Notes: generated by a model not told the origin, from the sequence alone. Counted from the first letter of the whole stretch, positions 1 through 14,295 are shown. The stretch: DNA of 62,186 nt, filler included, from Platydemus manokwari (GCA_037951405.1; 6 parts of 6 records of this genome joined end to end with filler, not necessarily neighbours in it); one strand, 5' to 3'. Made by a program: numbers and translations.

Positions 1-1604
1 TATGAATTATTTAAATTATTAAAGTTTAAAGAATAAACAACATTTCAATCGATTTCACTTAAATTTATATAGAAAAAGAATAATAAAAAATCTATAATGA
101 AATTACAATCGGGTTAAATATCTTGTCGACCAGTATAATTAAATGAGATGACATTTTTACAATACTTTCTATTTATTGGGATCAAATATAAATCTCGAAT
201 CGACATTGAATAATTTGTTAATTGGTGTATTCAAACACAAAGGGAAGTTACTAAACTTCATTACATAATAATACTGCTTCGAGCTGTATACATGTTATTT
301 TATTTTGATTCCTTCATGGGTTATCCTCTAGCGATGAAATATATCTTTAAATAATATTTATCTTCTAAAACACAATCTAATCACATTATTTAAAGAATCG
401 ATTCACCTTATCCATCGAGAATTATTCTGGAATAGAAAAGAACTCATTACATTTTCATTTGCTTCTAATCGCAGTTAAAAAAGAAAATTAAAAGATATAA
501 TTCCACAAATCTATTTCAAACCATTGACGACATTTCAATAAATATAATTATGAGAATAAAGATAATTCCATTGTTGCAGACAACGGTATTTGTAAATTGG
601 AATCCAAACGAGATTATCCGGAATTTCTTTTTCTGTAAATTTAATTTCCTCGTCAATTCACTTGATGGAAAAATATCAATAAATTATTGAAAAAATTTCA
701 GTATCGAATCGATTTTTGTGGAAGTGGTTGTTCTATATATGAATGCAATTCATGCCACCCTTCCTTCAAATATTCTGCTTGCTGATATATTTTATGCTTG
801 GTGTGATCAGTTTCTCTCGACTAATTGCTCACTTTCAATTAGGTTTCTGTCATTTCTATTTTTAGCATTAAAAATATCCCAAATCCTTTACGCACTCCAC
901 CACAAGATTGATGTTTTTATATCCACCATTTCTTTCCTTTATATGATACAAATCTGATTCAAAAGCTTTGGAGTTCTTGCATCAGATAATGTCAAAGTTG
1001 TGTTGAAACTTTAGGTGAAAATAATCCATAGTTGTATTTAATTAAAAATCATTATGTAAGCCAAAAATATTTGGCATCGAACTCCACAAGATGTTCAAAA
1101 ATCGATGTGGATTTTAATTTCTTAATATTTTAATGCCGCACATTGATTTCATGAGAGCTCGGGGAAATCATATTCGCAGTGTTAGAACTTAATGAATCAA
1201 TTCTATTCGATTCTCTTTAATCAAATAATAGAAAACAATCTCTCAAAGATCGTTTTTATTGAAATAAATATAAATAAATAATGATTACAGTTTTTATTTT
1301 CAGTTTTATTACTTTGCTAACATTCGGTTTTATCAATAATTTAGTGGATAAAATTTTTTCGATCTGATTATCTTGCGAGATAAATTGATTTATATGTGTT
1401 AGTTGAGAAATAAACAGCTGTACAACAGTTACAAAACAATAATGGGTGTTATTAATGCTGTTATTTTAATTTAATAGATTATGTTACTTTAAAATGCTAC
1501 TTTTTATATTATTTTAAAATCAGATTAATTTCCTTGAATAATTGGAATAAAAAAATAATTTGGTGTCGTAACTTTTCAATTCGACATGAATTATTAAATA
1601 CTAG

Positions 1605-1660
1605 TAGCTCCCATGGTGACCACGCGTTTTGATTCGATTCCGAAAATGTCCATGGCAAAC
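1605..1660 (+). repeat. Repeat segment resembling an LTR-retroelement leader, related to 36965-37019 (opposite strand)
   Basis: GACCACGCGTTTTGATTCGATTCCGAAAATGTCCATGGC aligns with the reverse complement of ~36965-37005 (GACCACGCATTTCAATTCGATTCTGAGAAGATCAATGAC). Both copies are followed by A-rich sequence. Confidence 0.5.
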
Positions 1661-4299
1661 ATAGAAAATATAGAGCATATAGAAAAGTTGTAAAGAATAA
1701 GTGAAGATATAAAGTAGATAAAGATAATTTTAAAGAAAATAACAAGTACAGGAGAAATATTACTTTTAAATAGATAGATTTTAAGAGAATCAGATACAGA
1801 GACAATTAAGAATTCAGAAAGATCAAAGGTTTTAATGAAAGGGAGATGTGAGGATTTATAATAAATTGAAATTTTTAAAATTAAATATTAAATTTGAATT
1901 ACTGTTATTGAAATATAATTCGGTGTTATGACTTTTCAGTTCGTTTCCTAAGCGTGCTTTGTAAAATAGCAACAGCTTACAATAATTATAAATCAATTTT
2001 TTTATGAAATTCGCATTTTAGCAAATATTTTCATCATTATGATAATCTCAAGTTGAAAAATACTAGTTGTAAAATGATTAGGAAAGATATAGGGATAATA
2101 ATCCCTGTCCCTAAAATATAGTTAGTCATTGACAAATTAATGAAATATATATTAATTAAAATTTGTTTCATAACAATAATTTATTAAAATGAATATATAA
2201 TCTACTTTACAGATACATATTATTAAAACCAGTAAAAGAAATTTCAATACCGAAATTATTGTCATTATTTAATGGCTAAAAATTCTATTTAAATATTTGT
2301 TCCAGATTTTATTCAATTTATTAATCTTTCTCAAATTAATCTCGAACATTTCTTAAAATATTTTTCTGAACTATGATCTAAAAATAAATTGTTTTGTTTC
2401 AATAAATTTCAAATGGCGGCTAATCAGAGAGAATTCTGTCACAAACATCGTTCTTGACTTATTGAGAGAATTATTTGTGGTATTGAGTTGTGTTGGGAGT
2501 TATCTGCATTGAGATGGTTTTCAAATAATCATTTTGAGGAAATTTCCTATCAGATACGGAAGTGAAACACGATTCTAAATGTGTTGTTATTCTTTGAAAT
2601 TTTTGAGATTATTTAAAATGTATTTCAATACTTAAATTAAGGATATGCGCTATTCATAACATTCAGCAGATTCTAAACTTGTAATTCAGCAGATGACGAA
2701 ATGAAGTCTTCATCTATAATTAATTAACATGGCAAACACATAGACTAAGAATGGATATGAAAATGATTAACAAAATAGCTCTCGATTGAGTAAATTCGAA
2801 TATAAATACGAGCACAGGAAAGAGAACAGCTTTAAAAATAGGGGATTGGGATATCCCTTCCAACATCGATTTGAAGGCTTAAACAGAATTTTTGAAACGT
2901 TGATTGTATTATTGAAGTAGTGAGCTGTGATTCATGAAACGACCGACGGAAAGAACCATGTACATCTAATATTTCAAAATATGGGTATCTCGATTATCAG
3001 TGTTTATGAATAAATATTTGTTGTGCAAAAGTTTAATTTATTTTTAAACTAAAACTAACTAATTCAAATATTAAATAATATATTAAATAATATATTGAAA
3101 CGATGGGTTATGGACACACGGATTAATTACAATTAATTATATTTCTCATTAATAATTATTTAAACTGATTGTTAATAATAAATTTGAATGTTTGTTTAAG
3201 TGATTAGGATTTGAAAATTTGAATGTTGTTCAAATTAAGTTATACAAAATATAAAAATGATGTTAAAAATCATTTTATTTTTATTCATTATTATCAGTAA
3301 GTAATATTAAATGATGTTTATTATCAAATTTATTCATCACATATTCGACAGGTGATATCAATTGTTTATTTTTCAAATTCTTACCCCAAAATCATGGTGG
3401 ACTGTGCGGATTTTGAAATTTCTTCTAAAAATTTTAAATTTCCTTTGTAGATCGCCTTCTCAAAAAGAAGACCTCTTTCAAAATCGGTTGAATCAATTGT
3501 ATATCGGTAACAGATCATTCAAGAATCCTTATTTAAGTGAGTATTTCATGGTGATATTTATATTATTAATTATGGAATTTGTTTATTTAATATGGCGTAA
3601 TAAATTATGTGATTTAGTTGAGAGATGTCTCATATTAATCCTGCATTAGTAATAAATGCGACATATTTAAAATTCGTTTTCATTTTCAGCAGGCTAAACT
3701 AATAAATAAATAATAATTCATCCTAAACTAGGCATCATTTTATTATTCAAGCCGAATTCTATCAACAGAGTAAAATTGGAGTTAGAAACTGGCATCATTA
3801 TTTATTTATATTTATTTGGTCGAATCAAGTTTTTGGGAAATAATTTTTTCTATTATTTGATTGAAGAGAATGGAACAAAATCGATTCATTAATTTCTGAC
3901 ACAGCGATTATAATATCCCACGGGGCTCGTGAAATCAATATCCGGCATTAGAGTATTAGGAAATTAAAATCTACACCGATTTTTTGGCATTTTATGGAGT
4001 TCGAAGCCAAATATTGATTGGATGGTATCAGTTTATTTATTTTATCGAAATTACACCACTCTCTAAGTTAGGATAAATTATTAGAAATGAGGATGTTATT
4101 GATCGGAGAAGGATTATGGCAAATTAAGTTGTTTTTCGAGTTTCACTGGAATTTTCCGGCTAAAATTGTTGCATGGAAAAAATTATAATTGATTTAATTC
4201 TTTAAAATTATTTTCACCCTTAATAAAATATTCCTAAGATTACAAACAAAAATTAAATCGATTATTTGAAAGTGGAAATATTTATATTTATAAACTCCG

Positions 4300-5895
4300 A
4301 AGACTTCTCCAAAAGCTTTGAAATTTTTACACAACTTTGCATTTGAATCCAAGTATGCTTCCAACTGTCACACGTTAGACATCTGTATAATTTTGAGTTA
4401 ATTATTTCACGTTTTCTTAATATGCCTTTGAATTTAAGATTTTTCTATAAATATGCCTGCACTTCCATCAGTTCTCTATTTACTTATATATTTATTAAAT
4501 CGGACATTGTCTTGATAAAAGATAAATAACGAGCTCTGGAGGATGTGAAAGAATTCTTTCACGAAGTTCAGCTACTGTTCACAATGCGTTTATTTCACAA
4601 CTGTCAATATATAGAAAATAACCCTGATTCCAAGAAATACAATGTTAATTTCAAGTTTTGTAAAAATAGCCTATTTTCGATAATGCTATTTAATTCAAAG
4701 GAACTTTTGTATCATGTATGAAATACAGGCAAAAAATCACTTCAACTATCCAAACAATGAGAACGGATCGATGAGCAATTGAGAAAGACATAACCGAAGC
4801 GAGCTGTAGCTTCATCATTCACTGTAGAACTGCATAGTAAAAAAATTACAATACGGACGATGTTTTGTCACATATATTCCTAAGCTGATGTTTGAAGAAA
4901 ACAGCCGTTTGAAAAATCTTCCTAGATGCGCCAGGGGAAACTAGTGAAATGTTCTTTATTAAATTGATTCTACAACAATTCCATAACAAAATAGCATAGC
5001 CTTTGTTCTTGTGTCATCTGAACTGGCTATGGCATTTCTATAACGTGGAATAACTATTCATCTTGTTTTGAAGAGGCTATTGAAACTCTCACGTGCAATA
5101 TTTCCAAAACATCTAACATAAGAAAAGTCTTGGAATAATGAATGCAGAATAGCGTGTGAAAATCATTTGAAACTCTTGACCGATCATTGCAAAATTTTTT
5201 GTGAATATCAGACTATTTAGAAAAGCATTAATATTATTATCAGGAGATTTTAGGTAAAAATTACCTGTAATTACTTGATAGACAACTTCAGACGAAATCA
5301 ATGCTTCCCCGAAATATTGTACTTTATGGAGCTACTTAAAGCCTTTAAACTTAACTATACATATGCTTACCCAGTTGCTCCCACCAGTTGTTGGAAATTT
5401 GAAATTGTAGGGTACCGATTGATCTGAGTTCTGAAAATTTTTTTATTGTCTTAATTTCTGCAGTTTAGTGACACGAAAAAAATAACTAGTTGAAAAAGTA
5501 TTTTCCATTATTCAATCTAATTATATAAACCCCGACTGGGTAAGTAAAAGAAACTATTCTTTCAAGACAAAATCAAGTTCCATACGCACCCGGCATTCTT
5601 ATTCAATCAAATTTTCAAGACCAAGAAGTAACCTACAAATCTATGAGCACTTGTGAATACGTCATTGTAAGTACTGCAATTGAAAATCGGCGTGCCAATT
5701 ATCATGTTGCCGAATATTTAAGTCTTGTAATGGCACGCGGTTTTTAGTAAAAAATTTAATGAACAACATAGAAGTAATAATATTGACGGAACCTTACAAA
5801 GGTGAGCATGAATTTTTTCCTCGCAGCCCTATGGTTTCAACAGATAAATTATGTCAATTAAAGAGAATATAATTCACAATTTGATTGGCGTTTAC
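4300..5895 (+). mobile_element. Degraded Helitron RepHel (PIF1-type helicase) remnant
   Basis: Fragments translate as IFLDAPGETSEMFFIKLIL (~4916; decayed FLDAPGGTGKTF motif I) and LKIGVPIIMLPNI / CNGTRFLVKNLMNNIEVIILTEPYKGEHEFFPRSPMVSTD...LKRI*FTI*LAF (5680-5893). These match the Helitron helicase C-terminus. Many stops and frameshifts; boundaries approximate. Confidence 0.85.
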
Positions 5896-6213
5896 TGAAT
5901 TAACTGAATTATATAATTCTTAATGAGTTATTTTTTATTAACTAATTTTTTAATTTTTCATTGTATTTTCTACTTAACACTTTAATTTAATTATATCTTA
6001 AAAATCCTTATTTTATAATCATTATAATTCATTATACGTCATTTTACTTTTCTAATTATTCGATATGGTTTAAATTCCATTTGTCAATATCAACACTTAA
6101 ATTTCTAAGCATTCATTGAATTCATAATAATCATCATGTAGACGCGTTTCGTACTAAGGCTAATTCTCCATATTTGAAATTCTATCGATCATTTAATCTC
6201 GGGGCCTTGTCAA

Positions 6214-6814
6214 AAATGTTCCCTGTAAGCTATGCTCACAGTTGTACCAAATTGCAGATTTTCAGAAAGGTTGAATAATAAAATCCAACGTGCAAGACTA
6301 GTTTTATGAAAGTGGTATAATATTAAAACCTGGATTTTGTGTTTATATGAAAAAGAAATTCATTGCTCAAAGAAAATTGAAATCAAAACAGTTTTGAAAT
6401 TGAACAGTTTTCTAGAACTGGTGCAACTTGCTTATGAAAATCAAGAATATTCTGATTTGGCAAAGTTTTTGGGCATTGCTATGATATTTATGGCATCAAG
6501 TGCAGATTATTAAAAGGGATTTAGTTTAATGAATTAAAATATTTGCACACAATTGACACAAACTAAAAGTAGAATGTACAGTTTATTTACTTTAAGTGAT
6601 GGTTTTATTGTAGCTTATAACATCATTTTCGACAGTTTATTGTATCTACTATTTGTCTTGTAAAGAAATAAATAATCTATGAAAAGAATAAATTGCTTTC
6701 TTGTCTTATGTACATTTTTGTGCGCACAGTGCACAAAATTAATTTCAGTTTTTAATATTTTGCACAACACCAAATATTGCGCACAGAGATTTGAAAAAAT
6801 TAGGGGGAACGTTG
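6214..6814 (+). mobile_element. Internally deleted non-autonomous hAT transposon (601 bp)
   Basis: Imperfect TIRs AAATGTTCCCTGTAA / TTAGGGGGAACGTTG; 8-bp TSD CTTGTCAA (6206-6213) vs CTTGTTAA (6815-6822); internal YSDLAKFLGIAMIFMASSADY*KGFSLMN, a decayed hAT dimerisation motif (SSAxCERxFS). Confidence 0.8.
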
Positions 6815-7372
6815 CTTGTTAATATCATTCAGGATATTGTTGATTGCGAAAATTTCCCCTGGTGATATTGCAGTTCAAAATCACAGTCTAACAAATTGTA
6901 TGTAGATATCTGAAATTGAAGATTTAACGTATCCTTTTCTAATGAGCTTTTAATTTTTAGTTTGCTTTGAATCGTCATTCTTTTCAAATATTTACTTAAG
7001 AGATCTACATTTAGTCTGCTCGACCTAGCTATTTTGATGTCTCATAATTTATTGCATCTCAATTTCAACCTAAAACTCAACCTAAATAAACCTTTTAATA
7101 GCACAATATATCAAGTGATTCCATTTAATTTGATTATATCAATCGTATTTTGTGTAAGTCGCTATTTTAAAAAGCACACATTAAAACCAAATGAAAAGTC
7201 ACGACACCGAATTATTAATTTAAATACCATTATATAAACAAATTAATATAATTTAATATAAAATCAAATTTGAAATAAAATTAAATCTTTAAAAATTTAA
7301 TTCCATCAAAAAATTCTCACGGTTTGTTGGAATGTTTCAGACTGATTGTACTTGTAAATCGTTATATTCTAG

Positions 7373-7532
7373 AATATAACACAATCTGTAAAGGAATGAA
7401 AAACGTATCAAAAGTTATTTACAATTATTTCATTTGCCCCGAATATGAAAACATTTACACTTCACAAAATTTACCGGATTATTGTTGTAATACAACATCA
7501 AGCACATATTGTTGCACCAAAAGTGAATTTAA
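7373..7532 (+). CDS. Single exon encoding a Shisa-like Cys-rich extracellular domain (rest of gene unresolved)
   Basis: Flanked by ttctag and gtaagc. Translates YNTICKGMKNVSKVIYNYFICPEYENIYTSQNLPDYCCNTTSSTYCCTKSEF, the C...FxCP...YCC...YCC pattern of Shisa-like proteins. Confidence 0.5.
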
Positions 7533-7944
7533 GTAAGCAATTTTACAATTTTATTTTATTAACTAAATCAAATTAAGAATAGCATTATTTCTCATAGAGC
7601 TCCATTATAATTAAATTTTTTTATTCTTTAATGCTCATGTTAGATTAAAAGAAATTCAAATTACTCTCCATAGTAACAAAGAAAAGTGAAATGGACTATT
7701 AATTAACAAAACTTTATTAATAATTTGTTTTAATTAGACTAATTATAAATTTAATTACTATTCGGTTATTTAATTATATCTCGATTCATTTCACCTATTG
7801 TAGATTTTTAACTCAGTGATATTTATTTTTAAATTTTTAATAACTTTAATTTAGGATTGGAACGAAAGTCTTGTCCGATAGAAAATAATATTTTTTTAAT
7901 CAATAAAGACAATATGTAAATTAAGAAATATAAACAAAACATCA

Positions 7945-8250
7945 TTCGTCTGTAAATCTGAAATGTTGAAAATAGTCATCTTTAGGATCCACCCACTGTT
8001 GCCATCGTTCTGGAATTTTTTGTACGCCGTCTTCATATGAAGCGAATCACTTTTTCAAATCATCGTGAACCTCTTTCCACGAAGCGATTTTTTCACAAGA
8101 GAAAACAGGTGATAGTCTGAAGGGGCATGGCTTGAGGAGTATGGTGGATGCGATATTACTGTAAAACCAATTTCATCAACATATTTTGAGTTAAACTTGC
8201 CGTATGCGGTCGAACGTTATCGTGAAGGTAATGGAGCTTTTCAAAACTGT
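7945..8250 (-). mobile_element. Mariner transposase pseudogene fragment (C-terminal catalytic part)
   Basis: YLHDNVRPHTA, ISHPPYSSSHAPSDYHLF and GVQKIPERWQQWVDPKDDYF match the mariner motifs HDNARPH, HPPYSPDLAPSDYHLF and L..RW..V....G.YF. Frameshifted. Confidence 0.9.
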
Positions 8251-9603
8251 TTCCACACAATCGACATATTTATTCCATCTTTCTACAAAAAATATGTCAG
8301 GTTTTTCAAGTAGCTTTGCTTAAACTCCATCATATGACATAAAATAATAAATTTTAAATGATAGGTATCTAAAACAATTATTTAATTATATAATAGAAAT
8401 TAAACATTAAAAGGGATATAATAATGCAATTAAACTAAGCATTTCTTCATAAAACATTGGAATTTTTTAGTTTTACAGAAGATTGATGTTTTGTTTATTT
8501 TACATCTTGTTTTATTGGTCAAACAAATATTATCTTTTATCAGATTAGACTTTGGTTCCACTCATGTATTTAAAATTCAAATACAACAGTCCTTATGGTT
8601 TAGTGGTAAATGAAAGGCGAATATTAGTGAATTTGTGAATTTTAACTACACCAATTCGCTAGTAAAATTCGATAATAGTGAACAGAATGAATAACGAAAA
8701 ACGGTACTTCGATGAACTACCTGTTGATATTATCTAACCCTTAAACTGCAACTCTCATAAGTTTTAAATATAATAACGATATCAAATATTGCTGGATTAT
8801 TTATTGAAATATCAGAAATATTTTTTAATTTATTTTATTCGTTCTCTTTCAATCGATTTGCTTAATCAAAAGACGTCGTTGTTCATTTTTTTGATCATAA
8901 ACGATAAATAATTTAAGTAAGTTTATTATTAACATTAGGAAGCAATACGAGGAAATGTTAAAGTAAGATTGGGTTTAGTGTGTGTTTTATTATATTTTTT
9001 TCTATGTTTATGAATTATTATATTATAAATTAGAATATGTTTGATCATATATCGAAATATAATTAATTATAATAATTAATAATAAGCAAGAGAGGACAAA
9101 TTTTCAAACCAGCGATTAATTCACATAATTATTGATATTGAATGAATAAATTCAGACACATCTTAGTTAATTAATAATTCATGGTCAGAAAATAATAAAA
9201 ATATTAAATATTTTGGAAAATAATTTTCCATATTTTTAGCAACTATTCGGTATGATTGGTGATATGGTTAGAAATACAAAATTAAAGGTGTTAGCAAAAT
9301 ATAAATAGGACACACAAACATTGTGAAGTGTTGAAAAGTTCAGAGGAAAAAATGCAATTTAGTAAATCTTGCCATTTCATAAGAAAGTACAAATATTAAG
9401 TATTGATTTTTATTATTTATGTATTACCATACACTATCAATAGTGTGTTGTCAGTACATCTTACTGAATATTGTTGTAACTTCCAGAAGTCGATAAAATT
9501 TTAGCATTGTATTTATATCTAGTTTAAGTTCACAAAAGACAGTAAAATTATAAAAATTCATTCTATTTGTGTCACATTTACACACGAGCATCCAGAACCA
9601 TAC

Positions 9604-9633
9604 GAATAAGAATAAGAATAAGAATAAGAATAA
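9604..9633. repeat. (GAATAA)5 microsatellite
   Basis: Five perfect hexamer copies. Confidence 0.9.
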
Positions 9634-10520
9634 GGTAAACAACACAATTAAATTTTATAAACGTGTACAATTTTTTTAACGAAATTTACCAATTAAAACC
9701 CAGAATTCAGAATATCGATTAGAAGATTTCCCAATCATATTATAAGAAAAATCTGATCCAAAAATCAACATAAGAACGAAATAATATCGTTTGGTGATTT
9801 AATATTTATAAAAGATAAATTCTGCATACAAACTTCTTATTAATATACTCCTATTTATACAATGATTTTTAAATGTTCCTATAAATCTTAAAGTCTTAAT
9901 TAATGGTGTTATAAATATCAGACTCAATGCTAAAGTTTTTATTTTCAATATATTGTTTTCAAACGAAATTGCACACTGGAACCCTTGTTATGACACTTTG
10001 AACATTTGCATGCCCACACAGCCATACAAGCATAGCAATCAGCCAATCTTAGTGAAGTTAAATGGTGAAGTACAAATGAAAAAAGAGGCATATCTATACA
10101 ACAACACACCAATTCCGCTCATGTAAAAACCCAAAATCCTCTCATAAGGACATAGTTAAACAAATATCAAATCAAAACATGATGCAAAATGAAACAAATC
10201 GCTAATTATAAAAATCAAAATAAAGATGAACAACCGACAGTTGAAAGCCAAGTTTGGGTTGAGATTTTGCAATTTGTGTATTGATCAATACACTGAGAAA
10301 TATATTTTTACCTTCGAATTGAAGTCAATTTTTATTTATTGTTTATAATTACTCAAAAATATTTTTGTTTCTATTCCAAAATCTATAGATTCATATATTT
10401 AATTTAAACCTGCTTAGATTTTTATTTTAATTTTAATACATAATAATTAATATTAATATTTTTAAAATAAAAAAATATCTCTTTATATAATTGCCTTGAA
10501 ATAGTAAATTCAAATTAAAA

Positions 10521-10620
10521 NNNNNNNNNNNNNNNNNNNNNNNNNNNNNNNNNNNNNNNNNNNNTTAATTAATTAANNNNNNNNNNNNNNNNNNNNNNNN
10601 NNNNNNNNNNNNNNNNNNNN
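10521..10620. other. Artificial spacer N44-TTAATTAATTAA-N44
   Basis: Identical 100-nt spacer occurs five times; the 12-mer gives stops in all six frames. Confidence 0.97.
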
Positions 10621-12741
10621 TTATTAAACTAAAGATTTCTATCTATTTTAGATTGGAAATATTAAAAAAAGCATTTTTATTTTTTTACGTTAGAGCATGT
10701 ATTTACGAAAGTAAGCTGAAATTAATATTAATAGCATTGAGTCAACCGTATGTTTAAGGATAAACGATATTTCAATCATGAATGAAATTATAGCGTGATT
10801 GAAGTATCAAATAATTTAGTTTTTCATTCATTCTATTGTAAAACTATCAATCACATTCAATTTGTATTTGTACAAACCTAAATATCAGGATTTATAGAAA
10901 TTGAATTTTTCTTAGGTGTTCTGATAAATATTTATGTATATATCGTCGGATATAGGATTATTTTTTTTACTATTTCGTTGTTATAAGTACTTACTTTCGT
11001 ATTTTAATTAGATTTATCGATATTTTTTCGTGTTATGCTTAGTATTTTTGAATCAGAATCTTCTGCGTAAGTACTCGCTGTTTAATGGTTTGTATGCGTG
11101 TATTGTTGAGTGGGTATGTATGGTTTAAAACCCCATACAAGAGTTTCAATGTTTTAGTTTCATTTTTATTCAACAATATATCAAGATCATTAAGTCGTCA
11201 AAGACGATAGTGATAAATAAAAACACTACAAACTAAAAACAAAGACGATAGTGATAAAAATAAAACAAAGCAGGCAATACAAAACACCACTTGTGAAGAA
11301 ATTTAAACAAAAAGCATGTATACAAAGCTACGCTTTGTCTCATAGAGTCCCATACGATAAAATAGTATATATACTGAGCATTGTCTAAGTCAAAACTGCC
11401 TTACGGTGCTTCAGTTAGACGATTCGTAACGAGCAACAATCTACTATGAATAATCATTTTTTATTCATGCTTATCTCTTTAGTTATCACTGCAATCCCTT
11501 TACGGGCTTGTCAGCACATATACCTACCCAATCTTTCTAATCTTTAACCGGGTTCGGGTCTGTGTCCGACCTATTAGGCGGCACCGACAATACCCATCCT
11601 CTTCAGGGATAAGAACCGAATCTTATCTTCTAGCAACTCTTCGTCTAATCATTTAGTTATTAAGCTTGTATTATTGTAATAAATTAATAAATATTTTGCA
11701 CCTCAACTTGTTGTTTTGCATTGTCATAAGGGTGACACGAGTGCTAGCATCCGCAATCCTTGGAATCAGATTGTCAATTAGCAAACCGCTCAATCCGTGA
11801 GATACGAAATCTCTATAGAATACTGAATCAGTTCTTGCCGGTGACAGGATTAACAATTATTCCGATGAATTGAGAAAATTATCAGAGTAACTTGTGAGAT
11901 AGTAATTTAATTATCCTTGAGTTGTTGCAGCAGGAAGAAGCAATTATCTTGATTTGTTTAAGCGATTATCAACATGATTTGTGAAATTTTTGCTAGTAAA
12001 TTGTCGTACTTATTTGGTTTTATTTAATTGGTGCCCTTGACTTTCTTTTTGTCTTTTTATATTAACTTAATTTCTTCAATCTCTTCTTCTATTTTCAGTT
12101 TTTATTATTACTATTTCATCTTTAAAATTCTTCATTTTTCTATTTTTAAACCGTGTGTCTATATTTTGATTTGTTTATAACTGTTTTTGTTATTTATTTA
12201 TTTTTGGAGTTATTTTAGGAAATTAAATTGTTAGGTGTACACTCTATACACCTTACAACCCCTGTACAACTTCTATAATTCACCCTACAACCACACCCGT
12301 AGAACTCTGATAATTCATGTGGTATAAACCCCAACCCCGCAAAACAGTATAGTATAGACACAATATAACCCAAAACAATGAAATGTGATACAATAAAACT
12401 TAAAAACATAACCGCAGTGTATAGATGCAGTAACATGCAAAACAAAACCCTGATTAGCCCCGATTGTAGACTGTTCGGTTAGCCGGTAGATGATAAACAA
12501 TGGTTCAGATTCAATGGGCAGATCAATCCAATCTTTTCAATCCTGTGCTAACATTTACTGAAACATTTATTAGTGACAATAAACAATTTTGCTTCTATAT
12601 TTAGTAGTAATAATAAACATGTTGTACTAGGTTTTATGGATTATTTTTATTAACTCTGCTTTTTAACAGGGTTTAAAAGTGTTTTTTTTAATTTATTAAT
12701 TAAAAATCCGAGAACAGGTGAACTGAATGGTGCGGGGGAGT

Positions 12742-14295
12742 TGTCGACAAGCCGGATAATTGATAGCGAATTAATAAAGTAATAAATAATAATAAAATTA
12801 ATAATGAAATTAATAAAAAATAATAAAGTCAAGTAGTAAAATTAATAATTGATAATAAATGATAAAGTTATAAGAAAAACTAATAATAAATAAAAGGAAT
12901 AGGGTTAAGCCAGGTGAACTGGTTAATTGAAATAGGAATAGTTATATAATTAAACAGTGATAGAATAAGCCATGGGAAATTTAATCAAAGAAAATGTAAT
13001 ACAAATTTAAGTGAGAAAATCTGCAGGAAGAAAACATAAAAAAGAAACAAACCAATAAAAAACTTTAAGTCGAGGTGAGGGATTTTCCCACCGCCTTGTG
13101 AAGAACAATATTTATTTAAAATAATTATTAGAATTTTTAATTTTTAAATACAAGCGCTGGTCATAGGTGAAAAAAACCCATAATCATCACTTTTTCGAGA
13201 ACTTAGCAGTAGACAATTATTTGGAGAAAAGTATCGCAACTAAGAAAACGAATTATTTGGAATCATTATAGAAGGCATTTTGCATCAAGCAAATAATCAT
13301 TGGAGAATTTACCTTGCATCAGGAGGAAAATTATTAAAGAGAATCTTGCCGAACGAGGATTATTAATTGAGAAGAAAATTAGAGGGCGTATATTATCATT
13401 GGAATTTTGTTGGAGTTTAATTAAGGAATATCAATAAGCATTGATGGCATTTTGTTTTTACTCACTAATTTAACTCATTTAAATTAATTATTGTAAAATT
13501 AATATCTATATTTGCATTTTGCATTTATCATTTATCAGCTCAGTTAAATATTTCTGATATCAATTAATAATCAATTTTAAACGTAATCACTATTAATTCC
13601 TAGGCTGTGTTGATAATAACTTCTTCGCATTAAGTAATATCTTCGTCCGTTACACGGGTTGCCTGTTAATCGCTGAGGCGAGGTACGGGGTATTTAGCTA
13701 AAACTTTTATTGTTCTCGTTTAATATTAATTGTTATTTGTTTCATCTTTCCATAATAAATATTTTATAATAACCATTTGTGTATTTTGATTTCAGCAGTT
13801 GCATAACTACACAAAATTGTTGAGACTGTAAGCGATAATATAATATTGAATAGCTAGATAGTTCATCTGTTATTGCGATAATTCTTGAAGAGGTTTTTAT
13901 AACCTCATTATTGTTATTTCAGGCCCAGAGTGACTCGGTTTTCTCTGTGCTCAACTCTCAATTTAATATTAATCTATTTACCAACAGCTTGGTCATCATA
14001 CCAGTTGTTGAAGCCCGTTCAGGATCAGCAAAACGTATAAAATTAAGCGCAACTCAAGACCAAAAAACCCAATTTTATTCAATAAAATATTCTGGATGAA
14101 AAATTTTGTAGTAAATTAATATAATTAATGTTTATTTTATTGTTACAGTATCTTTATTTATTTATTCATTTTCACTATTGTTTCTATTTTATTGTTAATA
14201 TTTATTTATTTTGACGTTATTAGATTATTATTTGATTAGTTTTCTATTAATTGATTATTATATGATTAGTTCTTAATCTTTATGTGTTGTCAACA
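12742..14295 (+). mobile_element. Putative long LTR preceded by a polypurine tract
   Basis: GCGGGGGAG (12732-12740) lies just before TGTCGACAA; a candidate inverted end TTGTCAACA is at 14287-14295; short internal direct repeats (TTGCATCA...). No second LTR in the window and the right boundary is uncertain. Confidence 0.35.

Noticed and set aside
600-1020. Possible LINE apurinic endonuclease remnant on the minus strand (NFDII, CGGV, FIYR)
   Set aside because: Motifs too short and decayed to support without a search.
10565-10576. Regularly recurring TTAATTAATTAA palindrome as a biological repeat or CRISPR-like array
   Set aside because: Always centred in exactly 44+44 Ns; it is an assembly spacer.
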